Shown in pieces: positions 13,341 through 25,235 of a stretch of DNA of 64,000 bases. The stretch comes from Camelus dromedarius (taxonomy: Eukaryota), in contig NC_087436.1 in NCBI RefSeq assembly GCF_036321535.1, positions 99,140,001 through 99,204,000 of the forward strand, given 5' to 3'. The notes beneath the pieces are model-generated. The model did no database searches and had not been told where the DNA came from. It saw only the letters and a program-made list of their open reading frames with translations. Made by a program: the position numbers and the translations under genes. Numbering within the stretch: the first letter of the stretch is position 1; each line of letters opens with the position of its first letter.

Positions 13341-13789
13341 GGCAGAAAACTCATAGGCCTTTTGAAATTTTTGTTATTTGACTGCTTAAAAATAAATACT
13401 TCTCCTACTGAAAAGAATGCTCAAAACTAAGTGAATCAGCAAAATTTGATTATCACTTCAAATGATTTCAGTCCCATCTATATTCCCTAGTGATAATTAA
13501 TGTTTTCTGAACATTTATACTTACTTTTTTATTTCTTGCTTTCTTTGTTTTTAATTAGTTGATATTTTAATAATCAAATGTCATCAAGAAAAGTAAAGCA
13601 CTTAACATTGTACCCAAAACATAAGTTTGGTTTGGTTTAGTTTTTAAGTAAAGCACCTACCACTACAGTCACTATTAGTTATAAAATAACCATGCACTGA
13701 GTATGTGTGGAGGATTAGTCAATGTGAAGTAGACATTTGAAAAATATAACATACTGGATTTAAATATTCTAAATTTCTACTACAATTCC

Positions 13790-13965
13790 CTCTTCTCAAG
13801 TATGCCACTGGTCCCCATTATTTGCTAAGCTTGATCATACCTCTTTCTTGATCCTGTCCCTTGCTTTTTGAGATCCACCGACTTCTAGATTTTCCTTCCA
13901 AAACTCTGATCACCCTTTCTCATTGCATATTTTTTTCTATTCTTTTATCCATTCCTTAAATATAA
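13790..13965 (+). mobile_element. L2 fragment
   Basis: Pyrimidine-rich L2-like sequence (ttgatcatacctctttcttga...ttttccttcc...ctctgatcacccttt). Confidence 0.5.
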
Positions 13966-14200
13966 ATAACGTGTGGTTCCTTATGCATGAGAAATAATGA
14001 TTGGAGGAAATATCTATGGTATAGGAGGAGACAAAAGGCACCAACATAGGCAATTATAATTAGAAGTAAATAAATTAGTATGTGCAAGAAAAACTGTATA
14101 GTTCATTCAGATTTAAATGGGAGTGAGAAGCACATTTTGGTGAAGAGGTAATCAGCAAAGAAAATATGGAGAAACAAGAAATGGATTTTATTCTTTACTC

Positions 14201-14229
<29 letters not shown>
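14201..14229 (+). repeat. Poly(A) tract, 29 nt
   Basis: Direct read of the sequence. Confidence 0.95.
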
Positions 14230-14231
<2 letters not shown>

Positions 14232-14285
14232 TGAAGACAGCCAAGAACTCAGCAGGGATTCTAACAAGTGGAGTTAAACATCTCA

Positions 14286-14299
14286 GTTGCCTTGGCAAC
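14286..14299. promoter_or_regulatory. RFX X-box motif
   Basis: GTTGCCTTGGCAAC is a 13/14 match to the palindromic RFX consensus GTTGCCATGGCAAC. Function is untested. Confidence 0.5.
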
Positions 14300-14437
14300 A
14301 GAACCACTACCTTATGCTTGTAATATCATGGTGATAAAACATAGATAAATGAAGTATATAGCAAATAAGACCTAGACTAGGCTGGTTCTTCCTTAGCATT
14401 CACAGATAAATTTGGGAGGATTTTCTGTTAAACGCCA

Positions 14438-15930
14438 TGTAGAAAAAACATAACTAATACATCAAAGAAAGAGAGAGACTTCGCACCTCCCCAGTTCCCC
14501 CACCTCTTTACTATCTTGCTAGGTACATAGCTCACCTTTTTGTTCCAGGTCAATGCTAGTCAGTAAATCATGTAGTTGTGAATGCCCATGCTGCTTTGGC
14601 TAATTTAACAGACATAGATACATGGAAAAAAAGCCTAGAGTTAAAGACCCAAAACAGGAAAAAAGTATATTCTCTCCTCCTGGTATTCTGTACGGTGGTT
14701 CAGAGCAACCTAGACAGCTGGTATTACATTTCTGTCTCTCATTACACTCATGTTAGAGGGCTATGCTCTCTGCAGAATGGGGTCGTAGATAGTTAGTCAA
14801 GAATTTGGCCTAGCAAGCAGCAAGAAGTGTGAGCGAGTTTCTGTGACAACTTTGATAAAAAGGACATTCAGCTAGAATGAAAAACAGTGTTAAGAGTAAC
14901 AGCTGGGAAGGAATTTCTGGAAAAGCTCATCAATTTCTACCATTTCAGGACAATACATGTTTAATACTCTTTAACAGTGCCACATGAAAAAAAGAATGGA
15001 GGAGGTGTGCTTTTAATGTCTCAAATGGTCCTTGAGGGTCATTAATCCAAATGATGAAATAGAAAGAGTTATTCTAGAGGAGAAAAAAATATTCTTAGAA
15101 ACACCTATGGTTCAGGAGAGAAACATTCTTATAAAACGTTTGGCTCTAACAATGGCTGGGAGGAAAATGTAGAAATCAAAAGATCCAGGTAAGGAGATCC
15201 CTCTGCATGATTCAGCTAATATGAAGACTGAGGAAGTTGAAACTTTAAAACAGGTATGCCAGGAAGGTAGAGTTCATTTTCACTAGGAAGGTAATATATA
15301 AACCTAAGTGTCAGAATCTCTAGTAAGTCGTTGGAATCTCACTTCCCAGGAAAACTATCCTTGACTGAGGAGGATGCAAAAGGGCAGCTGGGAAATGGAC
15401 TATCACTTTTACAAGAAACTGCCTTTGTGAAAAATAAGGACACATCTCTAAAAGTTGTCAGCCATAAAGGGACTCTACAAGAGAACAGTAGATAAATGTC
15501 AAAGATGAAGACACAGAAAAGATGACTGCAGAGTTAAGAAAAATTCTAGTTTCTATTAACCTCCCCTGAGAAAGCTAAAGAAGAGAATGATTCCGAGCTA
15601 GTGTATTACTGTAAGAATTCTGTGTGATAAATACTTCATCTTATATATAAGCGAGTTGGTCTTAGATACTAATTTTTGTAATAGTACTGTAAATCATTTT
15701 TGGTAAAAATTAGTATTGAGTTATTTAAGAGTTTTCCCAAGTAACAACATAGTATTTCTACTGGTTTTAATGGTAATTTCATAAATACCAACATAATATT
15801 TCTACTGGTTAATGGTAATTTCCTTTAGACTGTTTGTTCTGAAACAGATGTGTTAAATGTGCCTGATCTAATGGAATTGTTGGTTATTTGCATGGGTGTG
15901 TGAGAATATAAAGAGCTGAATATTTCATCA
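14438..15930 (+). mobile_element. Possible long ancient solo LTR (LTR78/MamGyp-like)
   Basis: About 1.5 kb purine-rich block with plausible TG...CA ends. Motifs (gctaatttaacag; gggaaggaatttctgg; cccaggaaaac...cagctggg) recall long old LTRs. Family identity is uncertain. Confidence 0.35.
15745..15822 (+). repeat. Imperfect direct duplication (36/34 bp, period 44)
   Basis: caacatagtatttctactggttttaatggtaatttc (15745-15780) and caacataatatttctactggttaatggtaatttc (15789-15822). Confidence 0.9.
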
Positions 15931-17534
15931 TTTCCAGGACCATTCTTAATTCTTAGGTATTAGAAATTAAATGACTACTTAGAATGTTAAACAACCAAAT
16001 AGTTTTCTTCTAGAAGAAGGTGATGTTGCTGCATGTGATATAAATGGAAAAGGTTGATAGTTTACTTCTTAGCTGTATAAATCTAGCATAAAAACAAACC
16101 CAACACTTATTTATATACATAGAGATGTGTGCATGTATATATATTTGGATAATTTTGGTATCTTGGTGGTATCCATAGTTTCTGTGGTTTCTAACCTGGG
16201 ATACACAGCAGGAACAGTGCTGGAGCAGCACCTGCAATATTCCCTTGAGCAACATGTGGGAAAATACTCAAGGCAGAGAAGTATATTTTGATGTAAGGGT
16301 ATTAAATGAAAAGGAGTCAGCAGAAAGAAATGTCATAATAGTAGAAGGAAAATAGCTTTGGCACCAAGAGCTTGGGAAAGGAGCTGAAAGGGTAGGTGAA
16401 GATCATAGGAGTGCCCATGCTTAGAGCTGGGCTTTGAATCCTTGTCCTTAGGAGAGCACAATCAAGGCCAAGCTGAGTTACAAAAGCAGCTTAACAGATG
16501 AGAAAGTTAATTAGGCATAACCAAGAAAAATTAACCTGTGTATCCCTTGCTTCCAAGCAGAAGTGGAAGCCACAAGGAGGACAGGGAGAAGGCAGGATTC
16601 GATGACATTTTTATCAGAATGCAAATCCTCTCAAAAGAATAGCAGGCTGAGTTCTTTCCTAAACAGATGGTGACCAAGATGTCTTGGCATTCTCCTTCTG
16701 GGAGACCAATAGAATAGACAAATAATAGACAATGGACGCTTTTGGTATAGGTGTTTCCTTGGCCTGAAGACAGCCAATAAAGCAAGATTCAGTGTTACTA
16801 TCCAAAGGTAGTTAATCTGAAGTATTTGAATTTCTGAGGATTACTGGGTTCAATAGAGTCACCTGAAACAAATTTTGTGCAATCAAGAAATTCTGTAATG
16901 ATCCAAGTCAAAGGAGAACGCCCATTTGGTGGAACGTAGTCATATAATGGAAATGACGCACTGAGATATGAATACTTGAGCAGATTCCAAGTACTATACA
17001 CATGCATTTCTTTTAGTCTGGTTCCCGGAGTATGAAATATATTCACATTTCAAAAACCTACTTTGTTTATCTCCTTATATTTTTTTCTTGTTAAGAAAAT
17101 AAGAGATAAGAAGATGAGTGTTTACTATGTTTTCAAAAATTATGAATCTAGTTTTCTTTAAATGACATAAAAATTTCATGTGACTAATTGGTAACATGAG
17201 TGAATTCTACCAGTCTTTTTTTTCACTAGAATTTCACTAGAATTTCCCTAGGCTGAATATCAGAAATTTCCAGAATGATGAAACCAACGTACAAATCAGT
17301 ACTTCATGGTATTTGATTGAAGACGCATATAAACGACCTTTTATTTTGACATCAGTATAGTGAGTACTGAACTATCTAGTTAAAATAAACACTCATGATG
17401 ACAAGCTCAGATATGAGACTGTCTGGACAACTAAGATGAAGACTAAGAAAACTGCTAATGGTGAGGATTAATAAACAGCTGTAAACAAAAAATAAAGTTT
17501 CCCAAGTGATGCTATTGAGAATTATGAGGGAAGA

Positions 17535-17705
17535 AAATTAAACAAAAATTTTTAAAAATTAAAACAAAAAACCCCAAAACAAAATATTTAAATAAATAAA
17601 ATAAATATTTACTATTAGAATTTTAAATAAATATTTAATATATTTAAGTAAATATCTAATATTTAAATAAGAATATTTAAATAAATGAAATAAAAACATT
17701 TAAAA
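17535..17705. repeat. AT-rich low-complexity tract
   Basis: Almost only A/T, with repeated aatatttaaata units. Confidence 0.85.
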
Positions 17706-19192
17706 GCAGAAATGTTACTTAACTGTCATACTTAGGAACATTTTATGGCCTTCCATATGAGAATAAACATATTAATTTGCAGCTTGAATAATATGTAGCT
17801 TTAATTGTAAGGGGCAATATGTCTATTTAGACACATTTCTAAAGCTTTATGTTATTATAATTGTTACTTAAAATACCTTTACCTTATATTTCAGATGAAT
17901 AATGATCTATGTTACATGCCCTAAATCGAGGTACAATGGCATGCTAACACACACGCACACAAATCATGTATCTTTTTTGTTAGATTGAAATGATCATTAC
18001 CTGCTGATGCCTTTAGTTGAAGCAGGAACAGGTAATTTATAGTTTGTAATGATTCTTCCTTTAAAATTTTTTTTTAATTTAAGAAATATAAAAGGCATAA
18101 AAGGAAGATGTGAGAACCGTAAGTGAGAACTTAACTGTAGCTGAATTACAGTGATCTTGGGATGTATTGAGCATGTAAATGCAGCCACTTTAAATGACGC
18201 AGCAAGGCAAAAACCCATAAGGCTTTTAGAAATACCATTTTATTTGTTTTTTGTTTTGCAACCTTACCTCAGAGACTAGTAAGTTTATATAGCTCACACA
18301 ACAATGCTGGATTTATAAAAACTATTTTCTTATGATCTCAATAATAAATATATTTACTGCACAATGGGAGATACCAGGTTGTTCCTGTTTAAACAACTGA
18401 TTATTTTTTGACATACAAAAATGAATCATAGACCCAGAGCAACTTAACTTTAATAATTCAAATAACATCCTTTTTCTTGATCATAGAGATTTCTAGAAAT
18501 AATATGAGTTTACAGTGAATCAAAATTAAAGATATATTTTTGGTTGGATTACTTTTGCTAGGTTTTTTTTTTATCACACAGAACAACAGTACATCCAAAA
18601 AAAGCTGTCTGTTTCTGTCTGCTTTCTGATTTAATGTAAAATGCTGTATGAATCAGAGATGAGATGCAAAGACTACATTAACTTGCAACAAACATATAAC
18701 TTACTGTAACTTATTTATGGAAAAGAAAAACAGAAAATGAAGCCTTATCTTTGTAAATATAGCCTATCTTTCAGTATCATGATTCATCAAGATTTACTTA
18801 CCATCTTTTTTGTTATTTGAATATAAACAACCATTCTGAGTGTTTTATGCTTTCAGAATTGTAAACTCTATTCATCTAGAGTTTCAATGTACCTCACTGA
18901 GGAAAGAAAAAAAACCAAAAATCCTTTCTGTGTAATGCACATGGAGTAAATTGTTTTATTCAAATTATAAATGAAATGGGCTACTTCTTGATTAAGCATT
19001 AAGTCGGTGAGTAAAATTTTACAGAAGAGTGATGATTTAGAAACATTATGAAAAGTTGAGAAATAAGGAATGAACTCGGGGCAGGTGCAAAATCCATATC
19101 CTATTGTGTTCCCAATTGCCAAGAAAAAAACCCACTGTAAAGAAGTTCTTTCCCACATCTGCTGATTTACCTTGACTGTCATTAATAATGAA

Positions 19193-19340
19193 AATAATAA
19201 CAGATAATTACAAAACACTAAATTAGATACTGTCCTAAGAACTTTACATATAATAATTCATTTAATTTTGGCAACTACCTCATGTCATGTTATGTTCAAA
19301 TTACAGATAAGGAAACTAGACATACAGGATTAGATAATGG
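19193..19340 (-). mobile_element. MIR SINE
   Basis: 'actgtcctaagaactttacatat...tcatttaat...ttacagataaggaaact' is the antisense MIR pattern. Confidence 0.75.
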
Positions 19341-19835
19341 ATCAAACTAGAATGTGGAGCATAATGGTAAAAATAAATACAAGAAAAACAGGGCTTTCAG
19401 TCTTCATAAATACAGGATGAATTTGGTCCATGGACAAATAGAAATAATTCTTTTCCTTGTGGTCAATAGAAAAAGATGATGAAGTCATTTTCTAAAATAG
19501 CACAACCCAGGAAGCTGCAGCAGATTTCTGCTGGGGAGGAGTTTGTCTTCACCTTTACCACACTCTTCTGGGAACTGTTGTATTGTGAAGCCTGGGGCAA
19601 CATACTTCTACTAGGACCCATGTCGCTATTATTCTGATTCACATCACAGAACGTAAGTATTTGAGTTGCCCTTCCTTCAGTATATCCTAGCTTCTTATGG
19701 GTTCATACTTCCTTTCTCTAGTCAATCCACTCGGCTTTCCAACTTTCCCAAATATTTCACTGTGTAATTATAGAAGCCCATAATATGCTTGAAAATAAAA
19801 ATCCCAGTGCATCCTGCAACTATCAGGTAACACAC

Positions 19836-20424
19836 TGTCAAAGTAAAATTCAGCATGCAAAAAATTAAACAGGAGAAGGAGACTTTATTCAAGGCTAAGG
19901 GAGAGAAGCCAGAACTCAGTCTGAACTCAATCCCACTGAAACAAAAGGTGGGAGAGGGTTTTAAAGGACTGGGATAAGCTAGTGGAAAAGTACTGGAGGA
20001 TATTACTAGAGAGTTTGGTCAATGAGATGTGTCAAACGTGTTGAGTTATTCCTGAGCTGGTAACTGTTTTTCTCTGTGATTAGATCATCTGCATTTGCTA
20101 ATTTACATCCATGGAAGTTGGACTCCCTCCCTCCCACAGAGGCTGAGAAATATAGGCGCTATCTTCCTTACTGATTACATTTCAAAAGGCAAGCTCTCTC
20201 GGATTCTTGAGAAAGGCATCACTGGGCTGTACAACCGGAAGGAAGAAAGTTTTATAAAAATTTGCATCTCAAAAAAGCAGAGAAACAATTTACAAGGGCA
20301 CGTTTTCTAGAACACTGGAACTCTAGTTCTAGAGCTCCAAAAAAAAAGGAGTTCAGGATGCAGTCGGGAAGAGGCCCGTCCGGAGTTCAGTGAAGCTTAG
20401 GGAAACATTGAGACCATCCTGACT
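19836..20424 (-). mobile_element. ERV1 (MER4-group; MER34/MER67/MER83-like) solo LTR
   Basis: About 590 bp with tgtca at the left end. Minus strand has AATAAA near the 3' end and typical motifs (tgtaaattgtttctctg...gagatgcaaat; tttgaaatgtaatca; ctctgtgggagg). Confidence 0.7.
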
Positions 20425-20479
20425 GATACCTCTCTCCCTCCCCCTCAGGCTCCCTTGTCTTCAATGTAACCAGAGTGTT

Positions 20480-20812
20480 CTCTGAAGACAGTTCACTTTT
20501 CTGGTGTACACTGATTCTCCTACATTGGAAAGAAGTTAGTGACAGTGTGGGAGTGTTTCCCGTCTGCATGCGCAGATTCACTCTCAATCGTATACTCCTG
20601 ACGGATCCTCTGCCCATCTCTTCTGTTCTCTCTGAGGGCAGGTCTCTCCTCCTCAGTATTCTGTTCTGGAAACTTGAGCCCCCTTGGTTATCCTGGACTC
20701 TCAGCTCCATCTCCTCAACTTGGGCATATGTCAGGCTTTCATTGATTTCCTTTTCCATGCACCACATCCTAAAAACTCTTAAGTCAGCTAGTTGGGGCGG
20801 TCATAGCAATGA
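20480..20812 (-). mobile_element. Old L1M 5'-region fragment
   Basis: 'ctctcagctccatctcctcaact...aaaactct...gttggggcggtcatag' matches antisense L1M 5' sequence. Similar sequence occurs at about 32450-32860. Confidence 0.55.
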
Positions 20813-21659
20813 CTTTTTTTTCCTTTTTAATTTAATTTGATTTTAATTTTTGCACTGTCTCTGAGATTTACACCCTATGTCTTATAGACTACTATTTTAC
20901 ATATTTATTTTCTTTGGTGGGAGTGGAGGAGGAATGTTTCCGTTGGTTCCAGGTATTCTATCTTGGCCCAAAGCAGAATCCCTCATGTATGTAAATCATT
21001 TTTGTACTCATAAGTTATATTCAGGCGTACCTCTTACCTCTCACTCTTTGTTCAGAAGAGACAAAAGTTTCTATGCTGTGCTAAGACATTACGAATAATG
21101 TAAAACATACTAGAAATAATTTTAAGATTTGCTACAGGGAATATTATATTTTAAAACACTACTTAATTTCATGTTTAATGGTACAGATCTGTTACCCATG
21201 CCCCCAAAAAAGGACATTATTACAAGTGTTCCATATATTTGCTTTTTAACTACCTTACAAATCATGATGGTTTCATATAATGATTAACATTAGGTCAACA
21301 TTACTCACAATGGAAGTGAATCAAAGTTTTAGGAAGACTATACAGTCTCTTCCTAAAAGAGAGTGAGAGGTTGGGAGAGAGAGAGATTTTGGATGATTGT
21401 TAGAGTAAACCACTCAATTTTTTTTAGCCCATATTTTACTAAAAATGTGGCTTATAAAAAAGCCAATATTAGTTATAGGTGGGACATCCCTACTATTTTC
21501 ATACAAGTTTCATACAAGTTGATTATATATGTCACACTAGTATTAACTTTATCAGGGCTGCTGGATATGACAATGCAATCAGTGCCCAACTCTAGGAGAT
21601 ACAATTCTCATGAAGTCTGAGTCAAACATAGAGACGTTTGCTTTGCAACATTAAATGTA

Positions 21660-22150
21660 GTGCGTATGTACATATATATTTTCCAAGCTCTATTTCCTGG
21701 GAAAGCCTAGAAGCAATGACACCCTAGTAGCAACAATCATACCCAACACCTAAATCTTGGTTGCTAAACTTATTCTCAAAGAAAATACACCAGGGCTCCT
21801 TGGAGAAATGACTGATTCTGAGATGAAGGTAGGGCATATACAGGATGAACTTGGAGTAACTTGTAGTGCCAGAAAGCTAGGCAGAGTGCTCCAGTAAGAA
21901 CAATCACCACTTTCATTAATGAGGGTATGTCAAAGGAGGCAACTGAAAGAGTTTCCAATGGCCAAAGTTAGAATAATTTGAGCAAAAAAAAAAGTATTGA
22001 GATATAACCCAACATATAAAATAAATATTCATCTTGATATAAATTATTGAATAAATAATTGGGTAAAACTGGATGAATATCCCATGCAAAGGAATCCCAA
22101 ACAATTTCTGTGGATACTACTCCCTTAAGGAGATGGAGCACACCTCCCCT
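21660..22150 (+). mobile_element. L1MC/L1MD 3' UTR fragment
   Basis: 'cctagaagcaatgacacccta...cagggctccttggagaaatgactgattc...tgtagtgccagaaag' are hallmark L1MC/MD 3' motifs. Confidence 0.75.
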
Positions 22151-22675
22151 TGAAGCTAAACACTCCCTTCATGCTTCTGAATCAGCAGCAAGGGAATAAC
22201 AGCTCCACCAATTGCTGAGCCATATGAGACCAGAAAGAAAATAAACTCAAGGGAGGATCTATTTGCTGAAATACAACATGATTGTATCCTCTCACATCTC
22301 TAGCAAAATTGCACCCACCCAAAACATCAACATCTTCACCATACAGCTGAAGCTAGAATCTAGTGTATGAACAACCAGTTATATTAAGGCCAGACCCTGC
22401 AGCTCAAGGCAAAATAAGATGATATTTTTACTGTGATGTTTCCTGTGGTGCAGTTTGGGTAATTTGGGATTCATGTGCCATGATTCAGGCTTCACTGTCT
22501 ACTCTGATTTTCTGGGTAGTTAGTGAAAAAAATGTCAGTTAGGTACAGACAGTACTGCTACTCTATAACCCACCTTGTATTTTGACTTGAACTTAACAGT
22601 TTGTTACCTATGTAAAGCACTCACTATTCTAGTTCTGAAAGTCAATTCAAAGGGAACGTTCAAAACAGAGATGAA

Positions 22676-22835
22676 CACAGAGAAAAAGAATGCGACAATG
22701 AATATACGTTATGTTCGCATATAACAGAAAAATTGTGCTCTACACTGGAAATTGACACAAAATTGTAAACTGACTATAACCCAATAAAAAAAGTTAAAAA
22801 ATTAAAAATAAAGGCAGTTTGCACTGTAAAAAAAA
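22676..22835 (+). mobile_element. Young, severely 5'-truncated L1 3' end with 14-bp TSD
   Basis: Homologous to the 3' ends at 34006-34405 and 54663-55218. TSD aaaacagagatgaa at 22662-22675 and 22836-22849. Confidence 0.9.
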
Positions 22836-24817
22836 AAAACAGAGATGAAAGAGATAAAAATACAATTTTATTTATGCTATTTCACAGGTATAAACACCAA
22901 CAAGACTGAAAGTACAATGGGAAGTAGTAAGTCTTATTTTTTTCCAAATCAGGCTAAGCTCTGGGGGGGGGGGGGCACAGACTGAGTTATTTTAGTTCAT
23001 GTTGACAAACTCAAATTTGAGAATTTCCGAGATGCCTTACAAATACATCAATGATCTGTAATCAGTCCTCAAACTGACGAGCCATCAGATTTCAAATTTT
23101 ACTCAAATTTCAAGTAGTATCCAAAGCAGTAGTACGCAAAGTGTAACTACCAAGTCTTGTCCCCTGTGCTCTAACACTGACTCCTTTCTTTGCTTTTTTT
23201 CAAATTTTAATGGCTCAGAATTTATTTGATATGTATGTGGATTTATGTCTCCCAGTTTCTGTCTCTGCTTACCTTCTAGTTATTTGCTATTACTCTTCCT
23301 CAAGTTCCTACACATTTAGTATGAAATAGAAATATGAAATAGAAACTTTTATCTCTTCTGAACAAAGAGTGAGAGGTATGAGAAAAAACTGTCAGGTGAT
23401 GCGGGAAAATACCATTTAATCTTTTCCTAGCCATCCCAATATGATCAGAAGCTAGAAATGTAGCAGTTATTCTAACTCACATCTAGTTTTGACTGCCTAC
23501 TCACTCGTGAGATTGATATTTAAAATGAACTTTGAAAGGATTAGAGCCATTTAAGGGATATTTATTGAATTGTAATCAAGATGTCACTGCATGCTAAAAA
23601 CCAGGAAGGAAAAGAAAAATTTAAGTGGTCAGTTTTTTTCTTTCATTAGAGTTGCTTCCAATAGATTGTGATGTTTCAGCAATATGAATTTCTTAACAAA
23701 TGAGTCTTATCGTCTAAAGGGAGGGTGCTAATTCATGCTATATTTCTTCCTAATCCCAAGTGGCATATGTTCGGACTAAAGTGCTTATTGATTTAAATTT
23801 CATTACCTGTTTACTATGAAACATAAAATAGTCTTGGCATTGTTTTTGAAATATTGATGAAACAGAGAATAATGTAAGCATGAAAAAAGTGACTTTATTG
23901 AAGCTCTGTAGTAAAATTTAATTTATCCTTAATGAAAAAGATGAATTAGAAAGTGTGACCATATGGCTTCTTCTATACACCTGTGCTCATCAGCATGTGC
24001 ATGTAAGGGGAAATGCCAATACTTCATAATAACTATTTTATAGGAAGGGAGATTTTTCACCCTGTGTATATCACAGAAAATACTATTATTTAAAGTGTCT
24101 TCTGTTTAGAAGAGGAAAAATATCTCTTTGAAATAATCTTTCCTCTGCAAAAACAGTTCTAGATTTAGAAAGCAATTCTTCTTGGCAAAAGCCATACATT
24201 AAGCAATTTTTAATATCTGCTATATAGAAAAATATCATTGAGGGTGCCTAAGAGCTTTGAAAATAGAAGTATTTCTATATACGTGAGACACAAATACTGA
24301 TTTCAAATTAATTCCAGGTTGTGGGTCTCATTTCAGCTCCAGCTGTCATCAACATGATTCCTACTCTTGAGGAAGAGATATCATTTTCTACTGCCTTTCT
24401 TAATTATTCCCCCTTCTTTTATTTTGCATTGCTACCATTTTATTTATATTATTATTTTAATTGAAGAGCTTGAAGAGAATCCAATCTCCATTACAATTTG
24501 GGAACTCCAAGAAACCAAACCTAATCTCTTAATTCCAAGTAATAAACCAAGTGTGGCAATTCTCCTTTCCTAATCTTGAGTCATCCACATGAGAGCAATC
24601 AAACGTGTCAGCTGGAAATCCTGCTTCATAGCTACTGAACAGATGGGTTTTAAGTGTATATCCCCTTGAAACATCCTGACAAGACGATCTAGTCTGGTTG
24701 GTAAGAAAACAGCATCCATGGATGAGCATCCCTACAAGATTTTCCTCAAGAACCCAATGAGGGTTTTGAAATTCACCCAAATATTTGAAAAATATGTAAT
24801 ATTAAGAAGCCACCTTC

Positions 24818-25016
24818 ATGTGTTTCATTGCTGAGTAGCAAAGTGCTACAAATTTAGCAGTTTAAAGTAATACAAATTTATTATCTCACAATTTCTGTGG
24901 TCACGAGTTTTAACACATTTACTCTGGATCCTCTGCTCAGGGTCTCACCATGCTGAAACCAAGATGTCAGCTGACTTCCTTATCTGGACGCTAATCTACG
25001 GAAAGCTACTCATCCA
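24818..25016 (-). mobile_element. MLT1D/E-like LTR fragment, followed by (CAAAAA)n to about 25050
   Basis: 'caaatttagcagtttaaa...aaatttattatctcaca...tcctctgctcagggtctcacca'. Confidence 0.75.
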
Positions 25017-25084
25017 AAAAAAAAACAAAAACAAAAACAAAAACAAAAAAACTACAAATCCTAGAGGTTGAATTACTATTATAT

Positions 25085-25235
25085 GTGTGAATTTTAGGGC
25101 TCATCATATTAAATTGTAATTATGTTTGCTTTGTATCACCTGCCTTATAAGAACTCATCTTTGTACTTTTATTGTTTATCAGTGTCTGACACATAAAGTC
25201 CTTAATAAATCTTTACTAAATTCATAATGAATGTT
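25085..25235 (+). mobile_element. L2 3' end
   Basis: 'cagtgtctgacacata...taataaatctttactaaatt...atgaatg' matches the L2 terminus. Confidence 0.55.

Noticed and set aside
14201..14229. A29 as a retrocopy tail
   Set aside because: No TSD or upstream poly(A) signal or cDNA-like body was seen.
14970..15100. VPHEKKNGGGV, faintly like the PNMA/Gypsy gag N-terminus
   Set aside because: The similarity does not extend on either side.
15745..15822. About 36-bp direct repeats resembling a CRISPR repeat pair
   Set aside because: Only two copies with an 8-bp gap, in mammalian DNA with no cas genes; it is a simple tandem duplication.
20387..20840. Overlapping 126-aa and 121-aa ORFs
   Set aside because: They span an LTR end and an old L1 5' remnant, with no recognisable domain.
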